DNA from: Setoptus koraiensis
Taxonomy: Eukaryota; Animalia; Arthropoda
Direction of reading: 5' to 3'
Length of the DNA: 64,000 nt
Assembly (NCBI GenBank): GCA_048013815.1
Contig: CM106586.1
Span: 23,684,001-23,748,000, forward strand
The translations under genes were made by a program, and so were the position numbers. Below are positions 23,072-36,233 of this stretch, piece after piece (the stretch's first letter is position 1; every line of letters starts with the position of its first letter). The notes under the pieces were generated by a model that was given only the letters and a program-made list of their open reading frames with translations, was not told the origin of the DNA and searched no databases.

Positions 23072-23913
23072 CGTAAATGTCTTCATCTATGGATGGGTAT
23101 ATCACATGTGCAATGGTTTCGCTAATGGACTTCTGGCCGGAGCTGGATGGATTCATGCCAAATCATCGAAATCATATTTCGTGTATCTATGTGGTTGATT
23201 TGATTATCATAATAATTATCATAATTGTTGCTGCACACAAATAATATTGTCATTATCATCATATTACTATCATTATTTTCATTATTATTATTATCATCAT
23301 TATCAATGTTATTATCCATATTATTTTCATCATCATCAATATTAAATCATAGTTAAACAGCCAATCAAGATCGTCATGTTCATTATGTGCTGATGATATC
23401 CATACTAATGATGGAGAAACTGCCCTAAAACTTGTCCAGGGGTATATTACGGGGGCTACCAATTAACGGTCACATATGTATACACTAAGAGAGAATGTAT
23501 ACCTATGTGACGTTAATCGGTAGCCCCCCGTAATATACCCCTGGATAAAAAAAAAAACAAAGTTTTAGGGCAGTTTATCCATCATTAGTATGGATATCAT
23601 CACACATAATAACACTACGATCCTTGACTGCTGTTTAACTATGATTTAATATTGATGAAGATAAAATAATATGGATAATAACATTGATAATGATGATAAT
23701 AATAATAATGAAAATAATGATAGTAATATGATGATAATGACAATATTATTTGTGTGCAGCAACAATTATGATAATTATTATGATAATCAAATCAACCACA
23801 TAGATACACGAAATATGATTTCGATGATTTGGCATGAATCCATCCAGCTCCGGCCAGAAGTCCATTAGCGAAACCATTGCACATGTGATATACCCATCCA
23901 TAGATGAAGACAT

Positions 23914-25022
23914 TTACGCTAGTAAGGGGGAAACTATCGGTTCTATTATTTGTGGTTTACATTTTGTCGAATGATTATTATTGTCTAGTGATTGAGCGCA
24001 CGTCAGCCTCCTGACTAACAATTTATCTGAAGGCTGATAGGATTGTTTTTGCTGTTGTTGTTGTTTCAGTTTCAGTGACATTTCATTTTTTAATTGATTG
24101 TAATTTGTTGTTGACGACGATATCTTTGGCCTATTGTCAGTCTTGCTGTCGTTGTTGTAGGATCTCTTGTAAAAATCAACAAACAGTATCAAAAATACAA
24201 GGTTGAAACGAATCCCGATGATGGCTAAAGCTGTATGGATAATTACCCATCGGAAAGGCCTTGGAAAGTAAAGTGTATCATTGGCCATGAGAATCTGAAC
24301 TATTTGTAATATGGTTAAGTACTTCTTCCACCAGAGAAAATTGGCGTAAATTTTTGGGAAGGTGGCAAGTAGATAAAACTGACATGACTGTGTGAACTCT
24401 GTGTTCAATTAGCGGCAAATATCACACTGAACTTCGCGCTGTGACTATCTTGAGAATAGACCCACAACTGCAATGGCTATAAAACCTCTGAATGGAATAC
24501 TATGTAGATGAGATGCTTGGCTTTGTTTCGTTGCTCAACTCAAAAATACTTTGTGTCTATTAGTTCATCAACAATTTGAAGATGAGAAAATAAATAACAA
24601 ATGCAATTGAACCATCATTTTCTGCTTAGTTCCGTACAGCTGATCTATGTCCACTGTCGGCAAGATACCAAATAATCTATAGCCGAAGTCGAGTAGCACT
24701 GTCACCGCATAAAGTGGTATGCATTAAATAATGTCATGCAGTATTAGGTATATTCGTAATTGGCACTATCTTTAGATCCTAGCCTGCAGATTTATATCAT
24801 CATTTTTGCGGCTCAATACTGACGGCACAAACAAAGACATATAGGTCTCACGATTCCTATTATTGTGTAGGACCACCGCCATAATAGATATATGCGCGTG
24901 TATCTTCTAAAGTCGCCTCACCATCATCAGCCACAAATCCGTCTGTTATATATACAAGTATTGTTAGAGTGCCATCATCATGGACGCGTACGCTATATGA
25001 TAGACTGTCTATAGTCTATGAC
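23914..25022 (-). pseudogene. Frameshifted mirror copy of the ELOVL gene, probably an artefact
   Basis: The C-terminal part is identical to the ELOVL above (FYKRSYNNDSK...IIEPIVSP). The 5' part is broken by many indels. Confidence 0.6.
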
Positions 25023-26235
25023 TCAAGCTGTTGATTGATTTGATCGCACGACTCGGTATGAATGTAGCAAAAGACTATACAATTAAGTGTTAAGTTGTTT
25101 AAATGATATCAATATACCTTGGAGTGAGGAATATTTTTGGACACAAGATAAGATCATGATCTACACAAATATTGGATCAGAAATCTCAATAAACAGTGGA
25201 AACTATTTTGGATAGAAACATGGCTTGAGCGTGTTGACATTTGAGGTCATTATTTGGTTGACGGACATGCAGCGTTAATCGACAATCAGTAGAGTATTAC
25301 TTCTATATGCGTCGGGTGATTTGTATTGCGTTTTGTTGCTTGTTCGCTGGAAAACATCTTATGCTCATTCTCTAATTTCAATCGATGATTAATATGGATT
25401 TGGTACTCTTGACAACATCGTGCAAGTATATACTTAGATTATGTCGACCTGGGCTTGCATAGTGATGGTGTTGAGCGTATATACACAAACAAACTAGATC
25501 TGCTGTTTATATGTTACGATATGTCTAGACGAGTTATTGTCCGATAAATGATACTCTCCGATCACAATCGCACAAAACTGGTACAGAACTGGATACACTT
25601 GAATACATGTTGTGCCGTTGTTTAAACTTACTTCATCGTCGATTGAATGCAGCGAAGCAACTTGATAATACGACTCGGCGAAAAATGTTGCTCTGTATAT
25701 GTGTTGTTCGCAGTTGTATTGAGATTCGGTGTCGTGTCGTTGTACGTGCTGTTGATCAAACAGTTTTATGATAATCTAATTGCCTGCATCGTAGCCATCT
25801 CACTCTTTTATGACCATTAGAAGAGTGTACCTCCTCACAACTAGATACTGACACTCCGCTTTTATTTTGCGCCACGATGATTATATTTCTTCTTTTAGTC
25901 ATGTTGGTTTACTTTCAAGTTTACTATCGATTGCTACATCGTGCTTCAATGAGGCTTGCACACTAATGAACTGGCTCACTCACCTTTTGTCTAGATCATC
26001 ACCGCTTCGCCATCATCATTATCCATGGGCACAATGATAAAGAGAGACGAGAGATCAAACGTATGTTAGTTTTCCTTCTCAGTCTATCCCGTTCTCTAGT
26101 ATCGCAATGCCCGCCAATCTGTCTTCTTTCTCAAGGCGCGATGTCTTGCCAGTAGAGATTAAAGCCTGATAAATAACCTCACTTACTTACACATATTCAC
26201 GATATTACGTAATAACTCACGTGTACTCATACTAG

Positions 26236-29200
26236 GGGGGGGTGCACAGGTGGGAGTGAAGGACGTAGGAGCGATTCGAAGTATAGTGGGAGGATATGGG
26301 GTTATGCTGGGGGTTGGGGATACACGAAATTGGAAAGTATTTGGTAGGGGGTGGGACGAGAACGTAGATGGGAGTTGCGCTTCGAAGTCCGCTCTTAGTC
26401 CGTTTGTCCTTTCGCTGTCCCCGTACCTTTTTGCGCCTCCTGAGTGTCTCTATTGTCTCTTTAATGTTTGATTATGCTTTCCTTGTTTCCTCTTCCTTTC
26501 TCTCTAACCAGCCTTGTCGATCCACTTTTCGGCCCTATCCTCTTCTTCCTTATCTCTTCTCTTATTGGTTTTCTCTCTTTCTTTTCGTTCCCCTATCCTT
26601 TATTTATCGTTTTTGTGCCTCCTTTTTCCCTGACTACTTCCTTCCTCACGTCCAGTCCCAAATCATCCTTCTCTTTCCCTTCTCTCTGCCTTTTCGTATT
26701 TGACTTCTCTACTCATTTTTTTTTCCTTTCCTCCTTTTTCTCCATGCTCGCTCTCCTTTTTATCCTAGTTTACCCCTTAGTTCCCTTCCTCTTTCTTTCA
26801 TTACCTTCCTCTCTCCTGTTCTGTACCCCTGGTGTTTATATTTCCCCCTAATCTTCATCCTTCTCTACTTTTCTCTCGTCTATTTTCTGAGTCTTTGTTC
26901 ATCCTTTTTTGTTTTCTTTTTCCTTTCGTCCGTTTCTTCCTATATTTATTGCTCTCTTCTCGTTAAGTCCTTCGGTCCCTTTTCCCTTCTCCATATCATT
27001 CTTGTTTACACTTTTTTTTTTTTTTTTTTCTTCGTTTGTTCTCTATTCTGTTTGTCTTTACTTTTTTCCTATTCCTTACCTCTCCTCTCTATTTCTCTCC
27101 TCGTTATAATTTTGTTTCCGTTTCTTTTTTTTTTAATTTCCTCATCTCGTTCTTCTTTTATCTTTATTCTGGTTAACTACTCTCTCCTTTTTTTTATTTT
27201 GTCTTTCACACCTTCTGTGCTCTTTATCCGTTTTTTTCTTTCTTTTCCAGTTTTTCCTCTTTTCTGACTCTCTGTCACTCTTCTTCTATTTTTTGTAGCT
27301 TCCATCTTCTTCCCTTCTTTTTCCTTTACTCTTTCTTTTTTTACTGCCTTCTTTTACTGGTTCCCTTTTGTTTCTCCCTTTTTTTTGTCCTTTTTTCCCG
27401 GTAGTGGCTTTATTTGTTTATGTGTTTACTGTTATATCCTCAATTTCTCTTCTTTTCTTCTTCCTTTACTTCTTTTAGTCCTCATTTTCTTTGCTTTCCT
27501 TTATTTCTGTATTTCTTTTATTTTATCTCTGCTTCCCTTTCCTTTCGACTCTCTCCCCTTCTCTTTTTTTCCCCGCCTCTCCCCCTTCTTTTCTTTTTCT
27601 TCTTGTTCGTTTCCCTTATTCCTTTTCATTTTTTCTTCTATGATCTTCTTCCCTTTTTATTTTGCTTATCGTCTCTCCAGTTTTGTCCTTAGTGCAATGC
27701 CTTTGCTTTCTACATGGTGTTGCCTTCTTCGAACGTTTCATCCTTTTCATCTCTTGTTATCACCTTTTTTTTTCTGTCTCCTAAACTTGCTTCGTCGTTT
27801 CCCTTCGAACTCCCTGCCCTTTCCTTACCTCGTATTTTCCGTCTCTTCTTCCCATTTCCCTATTATGCTTCTTTATTACTCGCTCTTTCTCTCTCTGTTC
27901 TCACTTTATTGCCCTACCTGGCCTCTGCATCCCCCTTTATTTTTTGCAGTTCGATTCGTTTCTTTTTTCTCTTCCCTTTCTCTTTTTTCATTTATTTCTC
28001 ACCTCCCACTTAACGCCCTAACTTATCTTTTTCTTTTCTGTACTTTTTTACCATTTTCTTTGCATCCTTTCTCCTGTTAATCCTACTTCATGATCGGCCG
28101 CCGTTTCCAGTAAAAAATGTCTCTCAGAGCAGTATCCTTCTACTTTATCCGCCATTTCTTCTTTTTCTTTCCCCCTTCTGCTGCCTTCCTCTCCTACCGT
28201 TATTCCCCGTCTCCCTTTCCATATCATTCTCCTTTTTTCTCTCGCTGTCCCTTTCCTCTTTCATTTTACTTTTCTCTTTCTCTCTTTTTTTTTTGAGCTG
28301 TATTCTCTTTATCTTTGTTAGCTTCCCTTCTTCCATTCTGCCATTTTCTAGCCTTGCTTTGTTTCTTCCTTCTTGCCCTTTCTCTCCTTCTCTTCTCACT
28401 CACCTTTTGCCATCTTTTTACGTCTTCTCATTCTTCTCTTCTATTTTCACCCCGTTTTATTTACGCTTCCCTTTTTTATCCTGTTCATTTCCTGTTTTCC
28501 CCTGTAAATCTTGTCTCACTATCTTTTTTTTTTTTGCTTACATTTCACTAGGTCACTTCCCGCCTTAATTCTCCCCCCTTTTTGTGATTTGCTTGTTCCT
28601 CTCTCTCTTTTTTTTCCTCATTCCTTCTTTATCACTCTATTTTCTCACTTCTTCTTTCGTTAGTTCCCTTTTTTATCCTCTTTTCTGCTATCTTCCTTGT
28701 ATTCATTTTCCACATTCTCATGCATTTTATCCTTCTTTTCGTTCCTTATGCCTCACTTCTTCGGTTGTTTCATTCTTGCTCTCTGTTATTCTTTTTCTGA
28801 TTCCTTTTGTTTTCTCTCAACATCTCTTTCCCTTCCTTTGGTTTTTTGTCTTTCTCGTCCCCTCAGTTTTTTTCATTTTTTTCTCCTTTACTTTTATTTC
28901 AAACTCCTGTCCTATTCATCAGATTTATTTATTTTCTCTTGTCGGGCTCTTTTGTTTGTGTTCTTTTCGCCTTATTACCCTTTTCTTTTTTCATCGTTCT
29001 GGCTTTTTCCTGTCTCTTATTTCTTCTGTTTTTTTCTTGCTTGGAGTGCGGTATCCCCCCCCCCCTGGTACTTTTACCTCTCTCCTATTTCTTTTCGCAC
29101 GTTCCTTGTTGCGCCTTTGATGTTTTGCTGTCATGGGTGCTTCCACCTTGTTGTTCCTCTCTTTCACCCTCCCTTCGTTGTACTTAGTTTAAGGCCCGTG

Positions 29201-29735
29201 TTCATGCTGATTCCTCTATCTGCTTCCCCTTCCTTATATGTTTCCGTGCTCCTTTCCTTACTTTTTTTTACTTTCCCTTCCATACTTTCCTCTCTTATGA
29301 CCATCCATCGTGATTGTGTTTTATCTCCCTTCTCTCTCTCTTACCCGTACTTTTCCTCTGCCGACGTGTCCCCCCTCTCTTTCCACCTTTTCTTGATGCC
29401 CTGCTCTTTCATTCCCCTCTCTTTTTATGTCTTTTCTTTCTACTTATCCCTTTCCTCCCCCTTCTCTCGTTTCTTTCTTTTCGTTTTATCGCTTCTTTCG
29501 TTCCTTTTCCTCCTTGCCTCTCTCACTTGCTCATTATTTTCTGTCTCTCCGTTCTATTTTTTCCTTTTCCTTCTCTATTCCTTACTTCTCTCTCATTATG
29601 CCCCTTCTCTCTTACTCCCCTCTTTTTTGCTATCCTATTCGCTCTGCTTCCCTTTTTCATCTCTCCTCTTCTGCCCTCTCTACCCCCGCCCTTAGTTTTA
29701 TTACGATTACTATTCTCTCCCCCCTATTCTCCCCT
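26236..29735 (+). repeat. Aperiodic pyrimidine-rich (C/T) low-complexity tract, probably low-quality read sequence
   Basis: Mostly C/T with no stable repeat unit. It lies between the error-laden fold-back arm and an N gap. Confidence 0.75.
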
Positions 29736-30235
29736 NNNNNNNNNNNNNNNNNNNNNNNNNNNNNNNNNNNNNNNNNNNNNNNNNNNNNNNNNNNNNNNNN
29801 NNNNNNNNNNNNNNNNNNNNNNNNNNNNNNNNNNNNNNNNNNNNNNNNNNNNNNNNNNNNNNNNNNNNNNNNNNNNNNNNNNNNNNNNNNNNNNNNNNNN
29901 NNNNNNNNNNNNNNNNNNNNNNNNNNNNNNNNNNNNNNNNNNNNNNNNNNNNNNNNNNNNNNNNNNNNNNNNNNNNNNNNNNNNNNNNNNNNNNNNNNNN
30001 NNNNNNNNNNNNNNNNNNNNNNNNNNNNNNNNNNNNNNNNNNNNNNNNNNNNNNNNNNNNNNNNNNNNNNNNNNNNNNNNNNNNNNNNNNNNNNNNNNNN
30101 NNNNNNNNNNNNNNNNNNNNNNNNNNNNNNNNNNNNNNNNNNNNNNNNNNNNNNNNNNNNNNNNNNNNNNNNNNNNNNNNNNNNNNNNNNNNNNNNNNNN
30201 NNNNNNNNNNNNNNNNNNNNNNNNNNNNNNNNNNN
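29736..30235. other. Assembly gap, 500 N
   Basis: Run of exactly 500 N. The identical size of both gaps suggests a scaffolder placeholder. Confidence 0.99.
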
Positions 30236-33200
30236 GGTGTGTGTGGGGGGGTGGGGTGTGGGGTGGTTGAGGGGGGGTGGGGTGGGGGTGGGGTGTGTGG
30301 GGGGGTGGGGTGGTGGGGGTGGGTGGGGGGTGTGGGGGTGGGTGGTGGGGGGGTGGGTGTGGGGTGGGTGGGGGGGGGTGTGGGTGGGTGTGGTGGGGGG
30401 GTGTGTGGGTTGGGGTGGGGGTGTGTGGTGTGGGGGGGGGTGGTGGGGTGTGGGGTGTGGGGGGTGGGTGGTGGGGGTGGGGTGTGGGGTGGGGGGGTGG
30501 TGGGGTGTGTGGGGTGGGTGTGTGTGGGGTGTGGGGGTGGGGGTGGGGGTGGGGGGGGGGTGGGGGGGGTTGGTGGGTGGGGGTGGTGGGGGTGGGGGGG
30601 GGGTGGGGGGGTGTGTGGGGGGTGGGTGGGTGGTGGTGGGTGGGGGGGGGGTGGGTGGGGGGGTGGGGGGGGGTGGGGGTGTGGGTGGGGGTGTGGGGGG
30701 GGGTGTGGGGGTGTGTGGGGGTGTGGTGGTGTGTGGGGGGGGTGTGGGGTGGTGTGGGTGGGTGTGGTGTGTGGGTGGGGGGTGGGGGGGGTGGGCGGGT
30801 GTCGGGGGGGGGGGGGGTGGGGGGGGGGGTGGGGGTGTGTGTGGGGGTGGGTGTGGGGGGGGGGTGTGGGGGGGTGGGGGGGGGGTGGGTGGGGGGGGTG
30901 TGGGGGGGGGTGGGGGGGTGTGGGGGGGGGGGTGGGTGGGGTGGGGGCGGTGGTGTGGGGGTGGTGTGTGGGGTGGGTGGGGGGGGGGTGGGGTGTGGGG
31001 GGGGTGGGGGGGGGTGGGGGGGGGTGGGGGGGTGGGGGGGGGGTGGTGGGGTGGGGGGGTGGGGGGGTTGGGGGTGGGGTGGGGGTGGGGTTGTTGGGGT
31101 GGTTGGTGGGGGGGGGGTGTGGGTGGGGGGGGGTGGGGTTGGGGGGGGGGTGGTGGTGGGGGGTGGGGGTGTGGGGGGGGGTGGGGTGTGGGGGGTGGGG
31201 GTGTGTGTGGGGGGGGGTGGGGGGGGGGTGGGGGGGGGGGGTGGGGGGGTTGGGGGTGGTGGGGGTTGTGGGGGGGGGTGGGTGGGGTGGGGGTTGGGTG
31301 GGGGGGGTGTGGGGTGGGGGGTGGTGGGGGGGGGGTGGGGGGGGGGGGGGTGTGGGGGGGTGGGTGTGGGGGTGGGGGGGTGGGGGTGGTGGGGGGTGGG
31401 TGGGTGTGTTGGGGGGTGGGGGTGGGGGGTTGGGGGGGTTGGGGGTGGGTGTGGTGTGTGGGTTGGTGTGGGTTGTGTGGGGGGTGTGGTGGGGGTGGGT
31501 GGGTGTGGTGGGGGTGGTGTGTGGTGGGGGGTGGGGGGTGGGGGTGGTGTGGGGGTGTGGGGTGGGGTGGGGGTGGTTGGGGGGGGGTGGGGGGGGGGTG
31601 TGTGGGGGGTGGGTGTGTTGTGGGTGGGGGGGGGGTGGGTGGGGGTGGTGGGGTGGGGGTTGTGGGTGGGGGGGTGGGGGTGTGGGGTGTGGGGGGTGGT
31701 GGGGGGGGGTGTGGGGGGGGGTTGGGGTGGTGGTGGGTGGGTGGTGGGGGGGGGGTTGGTGTGGGGTGGTGGGGGTGGGGGGGGTGGGGGTGGGGGTGTT
31801 GTGTGTGGGTGTTTGTGGGGGGGTGGGGGTGGGGGGTGGTGGGGGGTGGGGGGGGTGGGGGGGGTGGTGGTGGGTGTGGGGGTGGTGGGGGTGTGGTGGG
31901 TGGGGGTGTGGGGGGGGGTGGGTGTGTGGGGTGGGGGGTGGGGGGGTGGGTGGGGGTGGGGGTGTGGGGTGGTGGGGGGTGGGGGGGGGTGGGGGGTTTT
32001 TGGTGGGGTTGGGGGTGGGGGGGTGTTGGGTGGGGGGGTGGGGGGGGTGGGTGGGTGGGGGTGTGGTGGTGGGGGGGGGTGGGGGGGGTGGGGGGTGGTG
32101 TTGGGGTGTTGGTGGGGTGGGTGTGGTGGTTGGGTGGGGGTGGGGGGGGGGTGGGGGGGGGTTGGGGTGGTGTGGTGTGTGGTGGGGGTTGGCGGGGGGG
32201 GGTGTTGGGGGGGGGTGGGGGGGGGGGTGGGGGGGGGTGTGGTGGTGGGTGTGGTGGGGGGGGGGTGGGTTGGGTTGTGTGGGGTGGGGGTGGGTGTGGG
32301 GGGGTGGGTTGGTGTGGGTGGTTGGTGGGTGGGTTGGTGTGGGGTGGTTGGGTGGGTGGGGGGTTGGGTGGGGGGGTGGTGGGTGTGGTGGGGTTGGTGG
32401 TGGTGGGGGGGTTGGGGGGTGGTGGGGTGTTGGTGGTGTGGGTTGGGGGTGGGGGTGTGGGGTGGTTGGGTGTGGGGGTGGGTGTGGTGTGGGGTGGGTG
32501 GTGGGGGGTGGTGGGTTGGTGGGTGGGGTGGGTGTGGTGTGGTGGGGGTGGGGTGGTGGGGGTGTGGGGGGGGGTGGTGGGTTGGTGGTGGGGGTGTGGG
32601 GGGTGGGTGGTTGGGGGTTGGTGGGGGTGGGGGTGGTGGTGGTGTGGGGTGGTGGGTGGTGGGTGGTGGGTGGGGGGGGGTGGGGTTGGTGGGGGGTGTG
32701 GTTGGGGGTGGGGGGTGGTGGTTGGTTGGGGGGGTGGGGTGGGGGGGTTGGGGGGGTGGGGGTTTGTTGGTGGTGGGTTGGTGGGGGGGGGTGGGGTGGT
32801 TGTGGTGGGTTGGGGGTGGGTGTGGGTGGTGGGTGGGGTTGGGTGGGTGTGGTTGGGGGGTGTGGGGTGGGGGGTTGGTGGGGGTGGGGGTTGGTGGTGG
32901 TGGGTGTGGTGGGGGTGGGTGGGGGGTTGGGGTGGGGGTGGTGGTTGGGGGTGGGGGGTTGGGGGGGGTGGGGTGGTGGGGGTTGGGGGTGGTTGGGTGG
33001 TGGGGGTGGTGGGGGGGGTGTGGTGTGGTGGTTGGTGGGGGGTGGGGGTTGGTGGTGGGTGTGGTGGTTGGGGGTTGGTGGGGGGGGGTGGTGGTTGGTG
33101 GGGGGTGGTGGGGGTGGTGGGTGGGGTGGGGTGGGTGGTGGGGTGGTGTTGTGGTTGGTGGGTGGTGGGGGTGGTTGGGTTTGGTGGGGTGGTGTGGTGG

Positions 33201-35753
33201 GGGGGGGTGGGGGTGTGGGTGGTGGTGTGGGGTGGTTGGGGGTGGGGGGGTGGTTGGGGTGGTTGGTGGTGGTTGGTGGTTGGGGTGGGGGGTGGGTGTG
33301 GGTGGTGTTGGTGGTGGGGGTTGGTTGGTTGGTGGTTGGGTGGGTGGTTGGTGGTGGGGTTGGGTTGGGGGGGGTGGGGGTGGTTGGGGGTGGTTGGTTG
33401 GTGGTTGGTTGGGGGTTGGGTGGGGGTGGGTTGGTTGGTGGTGGGGGTGGTTGGGTGTGGTGGGGGTTGGTGTGGTGGGGTGTGGTGGTTGGTGGTTGGT
33501 GGGTTGGTTGGTTGGGGTGTGGTGGGGTTGGTGGTGTGGTTGGTGGTTGGTGGGGGTTGGTTGGGTTGGTTGGTGGTTGGGTGGTGTTGGTGGTGGTGGT
33601 TGGGTGGTTGGTGTGGTTGGTGGTTTGGTTGGGTGGTGGGTGGTTGGTGTGGTGGGTTGGTGGTGGGGGGTGGTTGGGTGGTTGGTGGGGGTGGTGGGTG
33701 GTTGGGTGGTGGTTGGTTGGGTTGGTGGTGGGTGGGGGTGGTTGGTGTGGGGGTGGTTGGTTGGTGGTTGGTGTGGTTGGTTGGTGGTGGTTGGTTGGGT
33801 GGTGTTGGTTGGTTGGTGGTTTGGTTGGTTGGTGGTTGGTTGGTGGTGTTGGTTGGTTGGGTTGGTGGTGGGGGGTTGGTTGGTGGTGGTTGGTTGGTGG
33901 GTGTGGTTGGTTGGGTGGTTGGGTTGGTGGTTGGTGGTTGGTGGTTGGTGGGGTTGGTTGGTGGTTGGTTGGTGTGGTGTGGTTGGTTGGGGGTTGGTGG
34001 TTGGTTGGTGGGTGGTGGTTGGTGGTTGGTGGGTGTGGGTGGGTGTTGGTGGTTGGGTTGGTGGTGGGTTGGTTGGTGGGGTTGGTGGTTGGTTGGTTGG
34101 TTGGTTGGGGGTTGGTTGGTTGGTTGGGTGGTTGGGTGGTGGGTTGGTTGGTTGGTTGGTTGGTGGTGGTTGGTGGGTTGGTTGGTTGGTGGTGTGGTTG
34201 GTGGTTGGTTGGTGGTGGTTGGTTGGTTGTTGGTTGGTTGGGGGGTTGGTTGGTGGTTGGGTTGGTTGGTGTGGTTGGGTGTGGGTGGTTGGTTGGGTTG
34301 GTTGGTTGGTGTGGTTGGTGTGGTTTGGTGTGGTTGGTTGGTGTTGGTTGGTGGTGGGTTGGTGTGGTGGTTGGTTGGTTGGTGGGTTGGTTGGTTGGTG
34401 GTGGTTGGGTGGGTGGTGGTTGGTTGGTTGGTTGGGGGTTGGTGTGGTTGGGTTGGTTGGTGGGGGTTGGTTGGGGGGTTGGTGGGTTGGTTGGTTGGGT
34501 TGGTGTGGTTGGTTGGTTGGGTTGGTGGGTGGTTGGTTTGGTGGTTGGGTGGTGTGGTTGGTTGGTTGTTGGTGGTTGGTTGGGGGGTTGGGTTGGTTGG
34601 TTGGTTGGTGGTTGGTGGTTTGGTTGGTGTGGTTGGTGGTGGTTGGTTGGTGGTTGGTTGGTGGTGGGTTGGTGGTTGGGTTGGTTGGTTGGTTTGGGTG
34701 GTGGTGGGTGTGGTTGGTTGGTTTGGTTTGGTTGGTTGGTGGTTGGTTGGTTGGTTGGGTGGTTGGTTGGTTGGTTGGTTGGTTGGTTGGTTGGTTGGTT
34801 GTTGGTTGGTTGGTTGGTGGTTGGTTGGTTGGTTGGTGGTTGGTTGGTTGGTGGTTGGTTGGTTGGTGGGTTGGTGGTTGGTTGGTTGGGGGTGGTTGGT
34901 TGTTGGGTGGGTTGGTTGGTTTGGTTGTGGGTTGGTTGGTTGGTTGGTGGGTGGTTGGTTGGTTGGGTGGTTGGTTGGGTGGTTGGTTGGTTGGTGGGTT
35001 GGTTGGTTGGGGTTGGTTGGTTGTTGGTTGGTGGTTGGTTGGTTGGTTGGTGGGGGTTGGTTGGTTGGTGGGGTGGTTGGTTGGTTGTTGGTTGGTGGTG
35101 TGGTTGGGTGGTTTGTTGGTTGGTTGGTTGGTTGGTTGGTTTGTTGGTTGGTTGGTTGGTTGGTTGGTTGGTTGGTTGGTTGGTGGTTGGTTGGCTTGGT
35201 TGGTTGGTTGGTTGGTTGGTTGGTTTTTGGTTTGGGGTTGTTTGTGTTGTTTTGTGGGTTGTGTGGTTTTGTTTTTTGGGGGGTGTTGGTTTGTGTTTTT
35301 TGTTTTGGTGTTTTTGTTGTTTGTTTGTTTTGTTGTTTTGGGTTTTTTTTTGTTTGTTTGGGGTTGGTGTTTGTGTTGTGGGGTGTGGGTGTTTTTTGTT
35401 GTTTTTGTGTTGTTTTGGGGGTTGTTTTTGTTGTGTTTTGGGTGGGTGTTGGTGTTTTTTTTGGGGTGTGTTTTTTGGGTTGTTTTTTGTTGTTTTTTTG
35501 GTGTTGGGTTTTTTTTGTTGGTTTTTTGTTTTGTGTTGTTGTTTTTTGGTTTTTTGTTTTTTTTTGTTGTGTGTGTGTTGTTTGTTGTTTTTTTTGTGTT
35601 GTTTTTGGGTTTTTTTTTGTTTTTGTTTTTTTGTTTTTGGTTTTTTTTTTTGTGTTTTTTTTTTTTTTGGGTTTTTTTTTTGGGTTTTTTGTTTTTTTTT
35701 TTTATTTTTTTTTTGGTTTTTTTTTTTGTTTTTTTTTTTTTTTCTCTATTTTG

Positions 35754-35787
<34 letters not shown>

Positions 35788-36110
35788 TTTTTTTTTTTTT
35801 TTTTTATTTTATTATTTGGTTTTTTTTTTGGTTTTTTTTTTTTTTTTGTTTTTTTGTTTTTTGTTATTCTGTTTTGTTTTTTTTTTTTTTTTTTGTTGGT
35901 GGTGTGGTTTTTTTTTTTTTATTTTTTTTTTTTTGTTTTTTTTTTTGGTTGTTTTTTTTTTTTGTTTTTTTTTTGTTTTTTGTTTTTTTTTTTTTGTTTT
36001 TTTTTTTTTTTTTATTTTTTTAATTATTTTGTTTTTTATTTATTTTTTTTTTTTTTATTAAAAATTTTTTTTTTTTTTTTTTTTTTAATTTTTTTTTTTT
36101 TTTTTTTTTT
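30236..36110 (+). repeat. G/T-only low-complexity tract drifting from G-rich to (GGTT)n-like to T-rich, probably artefact
   Basis: Almost no A or C over about 5.8 kb, continuous compositional drift, adjacent to a gap. Confidence 0.8.
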
Positions 36111-36233
36111 TCAAATTATTATAAAATCTTTTTGCCATATTACCATCGAAAACCAATTTAGTTAGCAAATGACATGTCCCATCCATAGCGAAACCTACAA
36201 AATCAAGTTTACATCTTACAGATCTAACCACAA

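Larger units (their letters stand above)
20861..26235. repeat. Large inverted duplication (fold-back): left arm about 20861-23484, loop about 23485-23495, right arm about 23496-26235
   Basis: The right arm is the reverse complement of the left arm, with many small indels and substitutions. It runs straight into low-complexity sequence. Confidence 0.92.

Noticed and set aside
23122-23868. Twin 65-aa Asn/Asp-rich ORFs on opposite strands
   Set aside because: Trinucleotide low complexity in the ELOVL 3' region, duplicated by the fold-back.
26250-30270. Many hydrophobic Phe/Leu/Ser ORFs resembling membrane proteins
   Set aside because: They arise from aperiodic C/T low complexity and overlap in all frames.
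33500-35220. Telomeric repeat (GGTT)n
   Set aside because: No fixed period, not the arthropod TTAGG motif, and it blends continuously into G-rich and T-rich noise.
29427-36165. Giant 1900-2200-aa Gly/Val/Trp-rich ORFs
   Set aside because: By-products of G/T-only sequence, which cannot contain stop codons on the + strand. They also span an N gap.
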